64,000 nt of DNA from contig OZ024755.1 in the NCBI GenBank assembly GCA_964016885.1, forward strand, positions 19,158,001-19,222,000, read 5' to 3'. Shown piece by piece: positions 11,481 through 22,535 of this stretch (position 1 is its first letter; each line of letters opens with the position of its first letter). The position numbers and the translations under genes were made by a program. This DNA comes from Eledone cirrhosa. Lineage: Eukaryota. The notes below the pieces were generated by a model that ran no database searches, was not told where the DNA came from, and was given only the letters and a program-made list of their open reading frames with translations.

Positions 11481-13589
11481 TACATCTATCTCTCGGGTAA
11501 TATCCATTTTATTATCAGCAACAATCAAGATTTATTTATATTATGTTTATTTTTTAAATCATCCAGCTTCTTCTTCTTTGTCCATTTATTCTTGCGTGGG
11601 TGGTGCAGATAGAATCTTTAAGTTCGCCTTTCGGTGAGTCTTGTCAGAAGCAACCATCTCCAATTCATTCTGCTGAATTCCTAACCAAGACCAGCAGAGC
11701 TCAAGTCATTCATAGCTAATATAATCTTATAATCACAGGAATAGCTGTGTAGTTAAAAATATGCCTTCACAATCCAGTTGTTTGTACCAGGTTCATTTCC
11801 ACTGTTCAGCATTTTGGGCAGGTGTCTTTTGCTATACCTTTGAGTTGAGCCATGTCTTGCAAGAGAATGATTTACACCATCACCTGGCTTGAGTGCCTTT
11901 AATTGAGTCCATTCTTTTATAAACATTAACAGCAGATCTGCTGCCTGAGAATAACACAGTAGTTGTGGTTTATTTCTTGTTTATCCCTTGCTAGTCTCAG
12001 AGATCGTAGATGTTGCTTTTATTCCTCTCAGTGCTAACATCTTTTATCTATATCTGTTGATAAAAAAATGTAATATTTCTTAAAGAAAACTGTAGAGCAG
12101 CTTATTGTAGATGGAAATAGTGGAGGAAGATTATTGATTTTTCATACTGGTTCAAAGCCATAAATTTACAAGGGTAAGGCATAATCAACTGCATTGAATT
12201 AGTACTGTTGGTCCATTATTTTATTGATCTATGAGTGCAAGGCAAAATTGGGTCCCACCAGAATTTTATTAGAGTCATATTGTTAAGAAGTTTGTTTTGG
12301 TTCCATCCTGCTGTGTAATAAATTAGGCTACTAATTATAAATAAATGAATGAATAGAGTAAGACAAACAAAACAAGATATTTTATGGTTAGAATCCATTT
12401 TTAAAAAGAGATCCTTTCATGATATTTAAAAAAAACAGTTTCTTCCATATTATTTGAAAATGAGTTCTAGAAATATAAGGTAAAAGTGTAAAGTGTCATT
12501 TTATTTATTTTATTTATTTTACTTGTTTGTTTCATTCCTGTATTTCTAACTTGCATTTTACTTGCCTTTCCGAAATACCCCTAACCACATATTTCACAAA
12601 GCTTCATATAAACTATAAAAGGTTATTAGTTTAAACATGACAGTATTTAGTTTCAAACAATTATCATGCATCTATTTATTGATCAGTTTAATAAGGAAGG
12701 ATAAACACATTACTTGAGATTTTCAGAGTGGTGAGAATTTAAACCTGATCATTTGAGATGGAGGTTTTCAATGTAAATATTAAACAAGGCCAATCATAAT
12801 GATGAAGATTGATTGCAGTCTTTTAAACAATGGAATCACTCCAGGCAAATATATTCTTTGAACACCATATGATAGAGATTATTCAAACAGAATCATAATA
12901 GACTGCATTAAATCTAGAAGACAGATCCAACAAAAAGAAAGGAGATTACTTTAAGAATTCATAGAGATACCATGAGTCAAAAGGTTTCATAGCTGTTGAC
13001 ATTTTTGTATTCTGATTACCACAAAAAATATGTTTTATTTCAAATATATTATATAATCCGTTTGATTAAGCTGACTTATATTGCTGGTTTCTAATTTAAG
13101 ATGGAAAATTAGCTGCTTCTTGTGATCTTCTATCACTTCTCAATTGATTATGATCTGTGTCGTATATTCTCAATCATTGAAAATAAATATTTTTCTGGTG
13201 TTATCTTTTCCTTCCACTAACTAAATATAAAACAACCTTCTACTCAATTACTTTCTTTGTGAAAAACAGTTGGTAAATGGCTGATAATTAGAGGAAATTT
13301 GAAGAAGCACATTTGTCCTTCTAATAATAAGGGAGATGATAAGATTCCTCAGATGTTACAACTTAGATAAAAATAGATAATAGGTTAAAATGACATTGTT
13401 GTTTTTTATTAAGTATTACAGATGAAAAACTAAATTACATGTCTCAAAAGCTAACATTTGTTTCACCATATAAACAAACCGAGGTGAACCTCTATATGGG
13501 TGCTTAGCCTGCAAAGAATAGAAGCTCAATCACCTCAAAACTATCGCCCACTCTCTTATAAAAAGGGAAGGATGCATTAGATAATATAC

Positions 13590-13912
13590 TTGCATGCGGG
13601 CATAGTCCTATAACTCCTGAGGGAGTCATAGTGGCACCATATTAACATACAACATTTCTAGGGCATTTTTAAAACCTGGTAGAGGTTCTGAATACAGCAG
13701 TTTTCTTCATGAAAAGAAAAGAGATAGGGAGAATGGAAATGAGAAAAAGATATAGAGGAAGAATCGACCTCAATACTAGACTGGTACTCTTTTTATCAAA
13801 GGAAAGGCAAAATTGACCTCGACAGGATTTGAACTCAGAGAGCAGAGAACCAAGATGAATACTGCAAAGCATTCTATCTGATATTATAACAACTCTGCCA
13901 ATTTGCCACCTT
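13590..13912 (-). mobile_element. Deu/Nin SINE, long-tail subfamily
   Basis: Same tail (aatctgctgtattc...gggctc...ctgtatgtcaatac...ggagttacaggacc) as 36580, 44120, 56520 and 62733. Confidence 0.8.
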
Positions 13913-13933
13913 ATTAGCTAGTATAATCTAGAT

Positions 13934-14426
13934 CAATGTTTCCTAAAATGAATTCTGAGGAACTCCAATGTTTCACAAAAATATTTTGGTGAGTTATGGT
14001 GTCGTTTAATAAATTTTAATAATAATTTATTAGATGCATATTCTATATGAATAAATTCAGTTTATTATAGATTTTTATAGGAATAAATTCTCTTTTTATT
14101 TTGGTATTATTTCTATGGATTGGCAGTATTGGTAGAGGGTCGGACACCATGTTTTGTAGCATAGAGTTACCTCCCTTTATGATCTGAGTTCAAATCCCGC
14201 CGAGGTTAACTTTACCTTTCATCCTTACGGGGTCGATAAAATAAAGTACCAGTAATGCACTGGGTAATTTATGGCCTTGTGCCAAAAGTAGAAACAATTA
14301 TTTCTATATCATTTAATCAAATTTAAAAAGTGTTTATTGTATTTTTTTCATATGAATAAATTGTCTCACTAAAAGGAGGATCTGATAAGTGAGGGTTCCA
14401 TGACAAAATAAGTTTGGGCATCAATC
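13934..14426. mobile_element. hAT-type MITE with nested Deu SINE (14115-14302)
   Basis: 8-bp TSD ATCTAGAT / ATATAGAT; degenerate Charlie-like ends CAATGTTTCCTAAA...TTTGGGCATCAATC. Confidence 0.65.
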
Positions 14427-14556
14427 ATATAGATCAGTATAGGTCATATCTGATCGAGTATGACCAGGGGTTAAACAACAAGTGCCAAAACAATGTAACT
14501 TAAAAAGAAATAGAAATTCTTTGAAAAATACTTTGTGGTTTTTTCCACAGGATTAA

Positions 14557-14996
14557 CCCTTTAGCATTTACATTATATTTACTGTTATATTTTCATGGTA
14601 AAGGCATTACCCCACATACTTATCTCACATAATATCGAAGCTATGAGATTTTGATGAGAACAATACCTTAATGTACATCTGATTTGAACAGAAAGAGGTG
14701 AGAGAATTCTGGCCGGATACAGCCGGTTTAAATGCTAAGGATTAAATAATCTGCATTGTATTATTGGTTATTTTAACCCTTTAGCATTCTCATTATTTTA
14801 TATATACTATTATATTTTCATAGTAAAGGCTTTACCACACATAATTACCTCACATAATATCGAATCTATGAGATTTTGAAAGTATTTATTTTGAGAACAA
14901 TACCTGAACATCAGTTTGAGTGACCAGTTACAGCCAGTTTCAACAGAAGGAGGTAGAGAATTCTGGCTGGTTTTGGCCGGTTTGAACACTAAAGGG
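14557..14996 (-). mobile_element. Two adjacent piggyBac-type MITEs (14557-14741, 14777-14996)
   Basis: Each is bounded by TTAA and CCCTTTAG-type TIRs. Confidence 0.85.
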
Positions 14997-15330
14997 TTAA
15001 ACGTTTTTTTTCTATTGGTGTGGTATTGCAGCACTCTACAATTCTACATGCACACACCTGAGCAGATATTTATATTTATGATAATTTAAGAAAACAATTG
15101 CAAAACAAAAGATGAAAAATGGAAAAGTATAAAATCTGTCTAAAAGGTAGAATATATATACTTGTCTATGATTAAGAGGGAATCTGGAAAATGGGGTTAA
15201 AACAAAGTAAAAGTATTGAACCATTAAGACAAATAGGAACCAATGTGAGATTAGGATTGAATTATTCAACATGTTTCTAAAAGCTAAATGTATAGCTAAA
15301 CCTAAAAATCTGAGACTGAGCCTTTAGGCT

Positions 15331-15332
15331 GT

Positions 15333-15368
<36 letters not shown>

Positions 15369-15641
15369 ATACATATATATATATATAGAGAGAGAGAGAG
15401 ACAGAGTGAAAAAAGAAAGAGGGAAAGAAGAGGAAGGAAAGGGAGAGATGGGTAGAAGAGAGATAGTGAAGGGAAAGAAGGAGAGAAATAGAATAGAGAG
15501 AAGGGGAAGAAGAAGAGATAGGGGTAGAAGGAGAGAGATAGAAGGGGAAGATGGAGAGAGATAGAAGGGGAAGATGGAGAGAGACAGAAGGGGGAGATGA
15601 TGAGGGATAGACGGGGGAGAAGAAGGAGAGAGAGAGGGGGG

Positions 15642-15734
<93 letters not shown>

Positions 15735-15740
15735 GGGACA
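15331..15740. repeat. Compound (GT)n/(TA)n/(GA)n/G-run polypurine tract
   Basis: Direct reading. Confidence 0.95.
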
Positions 15741-16157
15741 AGAAAGAATAAGTAAATGTTAGAAAGAACAAGAATGGAAAGGAAAGGGTTAGAAATATGA
15801 GAAATAGAAAAAGTAACAACAACGAACATGTGCAGAAAATAGAGAACATCATGCAAAGTCATAAATTTCTCATTAGATTGTCTATTTAGAATGTAATTCA
15901 GAGAGATTAGCCTTATAGCTTAGGTTTGGAAACCAAGCAGGAAAACTGCTATAGCTGGTCCATGTATAACTATGCAGTCAGTTGTAAGTGAGATGACAGC
16001 TATAATTTTAGACACATTATGGATAAGATATGGAATTCTGAGAAAGAAAGAAAGAAAGACAACTGTAATACTTTCAATGTTTATCATAGAACATGCATGC
16101 AATGGAATCTACATGCAATCACAATGTTTAGAAGTTGCATTATTTCTACATCTGATT

Positions 16158-16422
16158 GGCGGTGGATTGGCAGTATCGGTAGAGGGTCGGACGCCATGCT
16201 TTCCAGCATAGTTACGTCCCTTTACGATCTGAGCCGAGGGTGGTGGATTGGCAGTATCGGTAGAGGGTCGGACGCCATGCTTTCCAGCATAGTTACGTCC
16301 CTTTACGGTCTGAGTTCAAATCCCGCCGAGGTTGACTTTGCCTTTCATCCTTACGGGGTCGATAAAATAAAGTACCAGTAATACACTGGGTAATTGCTGA
16401 CCTTGTGCCAAAAGAAGAAACA
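16158..16422 (+). mobile_element. Young Deu/Nin SINE with duplicated 5' head and 19-bp TSD
   Basis: ATTATTTCTACATCTGATT at 16139-16157 and 16423-16441; head repeated at ~16158-16233 and from ~16238. Confidence 0.92.
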
Positions 16423-16529
16423 ATTATTTCTACATCTGATTCAGTTACCAGAGGATTTCTAATAGAAAATGACAAACTTATTTTCTTGTAGGATTTTGTG
16501 GCAGACGTAGTAAAACTATTTCTAAACTA

Positions 16530-16552
16530 AACAGATATTAAAATCTAATAAT

Positions 16553-16584
<32 letters not shown>

Positions 16585-17026
16585 CTGCACACACACACAC
16601 ATATGCACACACACACACAGACACACATCTGCACACACACACACAGACACACATCTGTACACACACACAGAGACAGACAGACATACACACAGAGACAGAC
16701 AGACACACACACACAGACACATATCTGCACACAGAGACACACACACACAAACACACATCTGCACACACTCACACAGATATTAAAATCTAATAATGTACAC
16801 ACACACACACACACATCTGCACACACACACACACATCTGCACACACATACACACATCTGCACACACAGAAACACATCTGCACACACACAGACACAAATCT
16901 GCACACACACACAGACACACATCTGCACACACACACACACACACAGAGACAGACAGACATACACACAGAGACATACAGACACACACACACAGACACATAT
17001 CTGCACACAGACACACAGACACACAT

Positions 17027-17095
<69 letters not shown>

Positions 17096-17125
17096 CAGAC
17101 ACACACACACATGAACACACATCTA
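16530..17125. repeat. CA-rich compound repeat punctuated by CATCTG
   Basis: (CA)n with recurring ACATCTGC; ~240-bp block duplicated (acagatattaaaatctaataatgtac at ~16531 and ~16773). Confidence 0.9.
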
Positions 17126-17484
17126 TGTGCCTAATCCATGTCAGCATGAAGGAATAGACACAGATCTTTGGATATATAAGTGAAAAAGAATGAACATCTG
17201 TGTTTGAAATAGTGATTATTATTCAACATCTGATAGCATAATAAGAGTGTAAAAAGTATGTAATATGATGACTGTAGCCTGATGATCTCTGTCAGTCACC
17301 CACCACCACCATAACATTAGATGGAGCAGTTTCGTTATTGCATGGCTGAGAGGGCTGGGGGGTATGGTTTTGAAGGATATGTTTGGATTTTATTTACAGC
17401 TGATGTGGTATGATTGGGGTGGGAGTTGATTGTAGTGGTTTACATTTGTTTGGTTTGTGGGTTGGTTTCAATTTGTTTACATTT

Positions 17485-17537
17485 TAGTTGAGGCATATAC
17501 AATCTTATATATATATATATAAGATTGTATATGCCTC

Positions 17538-17542
<5 letters not shown>
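17485..17542. repeat. Perfect 58-bp palindrome centred on (AT)7
   Basis: TAGTTGAGGCATATACAATCTT-(AT)7-AAGATTGTATATGCCTCAACTA. Confidence 0.95.
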
Positions 17543-17567
<25 letters not shown>

Positions 17568-17572
<5 letters not shown>

Positions 17573-17885
17573 TTGGTGGTTAGAGCATTGGCCTTGCAAT
17601 CGAAAGGTTGTGAGTTCAATTCTCAGACCGGGTGATGTGTTGTTTCCTTGAGCAAGACACTTTATTTCACATTGCTCCAGTTTACTCAGCTGTAGAAATG
17701 AGATGATTGGGACTGGGGTCCCGATCATTCCACTGCAAAGTGGTCGTGGAGGTGCCATGGCAAAAAAGCACCCAACACTCACTGTAAATGAGGTTGGTGT
17801 TAGGAAGGGCATCCAGCTGTAGAAATCAAGCCAGAATCAGTTCCCGTCCCACCCTTGCAAGCAGGGAAAAAGCGGACGTAAAAAA
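17568..17885 (+). mobile_element. Full-length tRNA-headed SINE with RTE-derived tail
   Basis: TGGCTTGGTGG A-box, GAGTTCAATTC B-box, central domain, then a tail matching the RTE 3' UTR at 25670-25830. Reverse copies at 26575, 31510 and 45190. Confidence 0.9.
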
Positions 17886-18004
17886 AAATAAAAATATCTG
17901 CGCACACACACATATATATATATATACACACACACATTATATATATATGATAGAGGTAGTTAGAGTGACAGAATCATCAAACTTCGACTAACTGTAGGAA
18001 ATAG

Positions 18005-18092
18005 ACTGGTGACAATCACATCTACCTATGTTCTGTAGGCATGACTGGGTATAGAACAAAAGGACAGGTTCTATGAGGAACTTTTACAGCTG
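18005..18092 (+). mobile_element. Decayed RTE apurinic endonuclease fragment
   Basis: Reads LVTITSTYV..GIEQKD.FYEELL, resembling the RTE APE motif VTIISAYAPQ...EEKD.FYEEL. Confidence 0.5.
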
Positions 18093-18339
18093 AGAGAAAG
18101 GAGTACTCAACACCAAAGTAGAGTTTAATTTTATTAACCTTAATATATATATATATGTACGGCAACACTCATCTTTTTCCATTTCTCCGAGGGTTATAAA
18201 CCCCACTATCAGGCAAGAAATTTCTTTTGTCTAAAATACGGTGAAAGCTTATAATTTCTAATTTCAAACTTGCGCACCGTTTCAAAAACATACTTACATG
18301 TTTACGTTTATAATTTGCTTATATATATATATATATATA

Positions 18340-18389
18340 CAGGGGCCGGCTGTTGAAGAAACAACACCATGCGTTCGGCCGGTCCCCTG
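18340..18389. mobile_element. 50-bp Tc1/mariner-type micro-MITE
   Basis: TA-CAGGGGCCGGC...GCCGGTCCCCTG-TA. Confidence 0.7.
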
Positions 18390-18484
18390 TATCATGAAAA
18401 GAAAATCTTTTTTTGGGGGGGGGGGGATTATTTGATTTTTCAAAATTTAAAGGTTTCTTAGGAACTTTGAATGTTTATTTTATG

Positions 18485-18600
18485 TTTTCCTGCCTGAAGA
18501 GCTCAGGCTATCATAATTGATAGTCCTCAGTGAAATATGTATAATGGAGTTTTAAATAAACCTGAATCAACTGAATATGGCCTCTGATCTTTTATTAATA
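18485..18600 (+). mobile_element. Penelope-like terminus with decayed hammerhead
   Basis: CTGAAGA (18494-18500), long stem II ctcagg-ctatca-taat-tgatag-t-cctcag, GAAA 18532-35; stems I and III broken; AATAAA downstream. Confidence 0.55.
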
Positions 18601-18767
18601 TATATATATATATAAAACAATTACTCAGACTTTTTTCTTGGATTGAGAAGTTACCTGGATTGAAATATCCAAGCTACTGCTTTCACAGCAAAACTGCAGT
18701 CAGGACATTGAAGCAAATTAGTAACTTTTTATCTTGTTTGCTTTCCCAATTATATATATATATATAT

Positions 18768-18950
18768 TTAGTTATGTAATAAACAACATAAGATAATTAT
18801 TTCATTTACCAGTGGTATCTTGAAGGCAGATGTTGTGTCAGTCGTCAGTCATCAGAATGAATAAGACAACTGAAGACAGACACAACATCTGCCTTCAAGA
18901 AACCACTGGTAAATGAAATAATTATCTTATGTTGTTTATTACATAACTAA
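18768..18950. repeat. 82-bp-arm inverted repeat (3 mismatches, 19-nt loop), Penelope-type terminus with hammerhead-like core
   Basis: 18768-18849 is the reverse complement of 18869-18950. Confidence 0.9.
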
Positions 18951-20064
18951 TAAGCTCTGTAGCCTACATAGAGCACTCTTTTTTCCTGTACCTTTCCGAC
19001 GGAAATACTTCATTTAGATATATATATATAGATAGATAGATAGATATGTGTGTCTGTGAAAATTTAAACAGCTGGAACTCACGCTGTTCCAACAAGTTAT
19101 CTACTCACCATTAAAACAACATGAGCTCAGCCACCGGGCACTAACTTTTCACTATACATACACTCTACTTAGCTAAACATGGTCTTATTAGTCTAAAACG
19201 GGTAACTCTCTCTTTCTCTCTCATATATATATATATATATATTCTTTTTTTTTTCATAAACCCTTTCATTGAATAGAAATATTTTAAGCAATAAGCTTCT
19301 TGAAATAAATTATATTTATTATTAGTACAATAAAAATATATTTGAACCAAATTTTTTCTTTTTCATTGGTTTGTTTTATTTTGAAACAGAAAATTCTAAT
19401 AGAAATCAAGAAAAATTTTGCCTCCTGAAATATCTGAGTGACTTCAATTTAATCAAAGAATTATCTCTCAGAAGTTTCTTTCTGTTTGGAAGTAATAGAA
19501 TATTTATAGTTAAGTTTTGAAATGAATTATTAGATATCACAAATGATGTAAATGGAAGTGTTTGCTATCTGCAAAAAAGAAATCTACAAGCTTAGTTATC
19601 AGTGAAATCCAAACTATATAGACGGTTATGTCATAGAAGTAAAAGAGAAAGAAAAAAAAGAGGAAAAAGGAATGAAAAGAAAAGAAAAAGCAGAAATTCG
19701 AAATGTTTTCTGTGGCAGTTAGGGCTTTGTTTTCTTTTGCTAGTTTCTTATCTGTTCAAAATATAGAAGGAACATCTGAAAATAGCAGTTGTTATAATAT
19801 ATATAAATACCTGGAAATGTTTGTGGGAGTGAGTGAGTGAGTGTGTGTATACATATATATATATATATATAAATATGAGGATGCATGTGTCTGTGTATAT
19901 ATATATGTGTATATATATATGTGTGTGTAAGAACTGATATTTAAAACTCTTCAGTTGCAGTATACCTAAGATGCATGGAAATGTCATTTCTGAATTATAT
20001 GATGTGATATACATTCATTTCTAAGCCGAATCTCTCCCCGAAGTGAACAAAAAAATATATCATT

Positions 20065-20091
20065 ATAACAACGATAATAATAATAACAACG

Positions 20092-20155
<64 letters not shown>

Positions 20156-20170
20156 TAATAATGATAATAA
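20065..20170. repeat. (AAT)n microsatellite
   Basis: Direct reading. Confidence 0.97.
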
Positions 20171-20537
20171 AGAATAAATAAACTCCAGTAAATTTCCTAG
20201 AAAAATGCAAGAAAAAGAAAGGTTGAATAGCAGCAATTTTAGACACACCCTTTGCTTCCTGCAGTAGTTTGAGCTGACCTTTTAAAGGATCATTTGATGT
20301 CTAAATTGTTTAGGGTCTGCATCTGGGTAGTAATTGAGCAGATTTGCAACAGTTTGGAAATTTATACTAATGATCAGAGCAGAAAATGTTCACAGCAAGA
20401 CAATGTATGTTTATTTTCATCACCACTATCATCATTGTTATTGTCAAATTTTTTTATGTCCACTTTTCCATGCTGGCATGGGTTGGACAGGATGGTTTGA
20501 GACAATCTAAAAATCTAAAGTATGTCTTGAGCTCAGA

Positions 20538-20795
20538 GGCTCATCAGACTGGTGCTTATCCTGGTTGCAGTTGAGTGAAGTGACTGAGAGTACATGAGTC
20601 CCTCCTGGACAGGACAGCAGTCCATTGCAGGGTTAAACCCCCAGCTATTGCTGGTACTCATTTTCAGCTGAGTATACAGGAGCAATGTGAAATGAAGTGT
20701 TTTGCTCAAGAACACAACACACAACAGAGTCCAGGAATCGAACCCATGAGATTATGATCGTAAGTCCAACAAGCTTACCACTAGGCCAAGTGCCA
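20538..20795 (-). mobile_element. MetaSINE-like tRNA SINE
   Basis: Reverse complement of gggttcgattcctgg...aatgagtaccagcaatagctggggtttaaccctgcaatggactgctgtcctgtccagg...ggataagcaccagtctgatgagcc. Second copy at 28615-28850. Confidence 0.8.
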
Positions 20796-21978
20796 ATGAG
20801 ACAATGTTTTACTGCAATTACCTATGTGAATAACACTAATCCTCTACTTTTCCACATCTCTCGACCGCTGATAGCCACATAGATACCTACATGAAACTAT
20901 GGTATACATTTAAATGCATCTCTACATACTTTACCATAAGTATGTATTGAGCACTTTAATATTTATGGATCCAAACCACAATACACTGACATTATTTGTA
21001 TGCATGCACACACACACACACACATGCACACACACACACACATCACCATTCAATTGACAAGTTCCCAAACTTCATTCGATTACCGAATGGGGTAGAGCTC
21101 ATAAAAATCAGATTGTGGAAACAATGTTATCATTGGTCTTTCCAATTGCTAATACTATCTGTTGGTTGCAAATCCAGACAGAAGGAGCAACGTGAAATAA
21201 AGTGTGTTGTTCAAGGATGTGATGCATCGCTAGCTCTGGGAATCAAAATCACAACCTCACGATTGCGAATCTAATTCTCTAACCAATCAGCCACGTGCCT
21301 TCACTGTCGACTGTTGATACACACATATACGAACAAGATGGTGTAGTTTACTTGAAGCATTGTCTTTATAATATAAAAACAAGAATATAACAATAGAAAA
21401 TTGAAGAAATTTATTCAGTGAATCAGCTTTGAGAAGCCATGTTGTGAACTGAAATATATAAAACAAGGAGTTAACAGTAAACAACACTAACCCCCTTTTA
21501 ACATAAACAGGATGTGTGGGCTGTAGTACTCAGCTTATACAATAAACAGCTGACAGTTAAGGAAGCCCTGACCATTTTAAATGTAATGTTGCAAGTGCTT
21601 TATAAGTATTGTTTCTTTAATAGGTAAGTTAATAAGGTTTCTATTGAAGATCTTGATAGAAACCATAAGTTCTGTATTCTGACAGCTGTCAAGTTACATT
21701 TTAATAGATGGGGCTGCTACATTCATGTGCTCTCTAATATCTAATTTATATTAAGTGGGTGATTCTGTCTATGCAAAAATTATTATATTTTACATTTAAG
21801 TTCTAAAGCATTTGTCAACATTTTCAATCAAGCCATTTGCCAGTTCCAGATTTGTTGTGACCAGGTTCTCTTGGTGGGTAAGGTGGCTTTTTAAAGAAGC
21901 TCCCACATTTGTGGATTTTATGTTCAATTTTTCTCTCCATATATCAGAATTTATCATGACCTAAAAGAGCCACTACAT

Positions 21979-22184
21979 CAGCCATGTCAAACATGCAACC
22001 CCTGGACTGCATGCGGCATTTTGCAATCACACCTGCGGCCTGCACACATGTTTTTACAGCGCGAAAGTGATATAAAATTAAAAATATTAGTTGTAATGTG
22101 CGCAATTAGTTATCATGTGTGACCCTCTGACAACACATATGTGACCCATGTGGCCCTCGGGCGACCCTCAGTTTGACATCCCTG
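21979..22184. mobile_element. hAT (Charlie-like) MITE
   Basis: TSD CACTACAT / CTCTACAT; TIRs CAGCCATGTCAAAC / GTTTGACATCCCTG; inserted in an (AAC)n-tail repeat. Confidence 0.85.
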
Positions 22185-22380
22185 CTCTACATGGTCACTT
22201 AACCTGCTACAAATACTACTCAAATTTTCTTAATATCATACCTTCCCATCTGAAAAAAGAAAGGACGGGTCTTAAGAAAAAGATAGGAGGGACATTACTA
22301 GAATGCTTTTAAATATAGAGCTGCCTGGTCAGAGATGGCTTGGAGAGTACCGGCAATAATTAATCCCATTTGGGAACAAA

Positions 22381-22535
22381 TTCAATTCACTGCTGTGTGA
22401 ATCATGTTTAGAATAGGTACACCATATCCTGGTATACTATAAGAGGTAACTAACAGATTCACTTCACTGCTGTGTAAATCCAGTTTAGAATAGGTAAACC
22501 ATATCTTTGCATGTTATAAGAGGCAACTAAATGGG
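22381..22535 (+). repeat. Two tandem ~77-bp units ending in TAAGAGG(C/T)AACTAA
   Basis: Direct repeat 22381-22457 / 22458-22535. Confidence 0.8.

Noticed and set aside
15277-17157. Long ORFs (up to 200 aa) rich in CV/HT/LS dipeptides, also at 24.7-25.1, 30.6-31.1 and 49.7-50.1 kb
   Set aside because: Translations of (CA)n/(GA)n/(TA)n microsatellites
17568-17635. tRNA gene (also 40650-40718 and other SINE heads)
   Set aside because: A and B boxes are present but continue into SINE bodies; no complete cloverleaf or terminator
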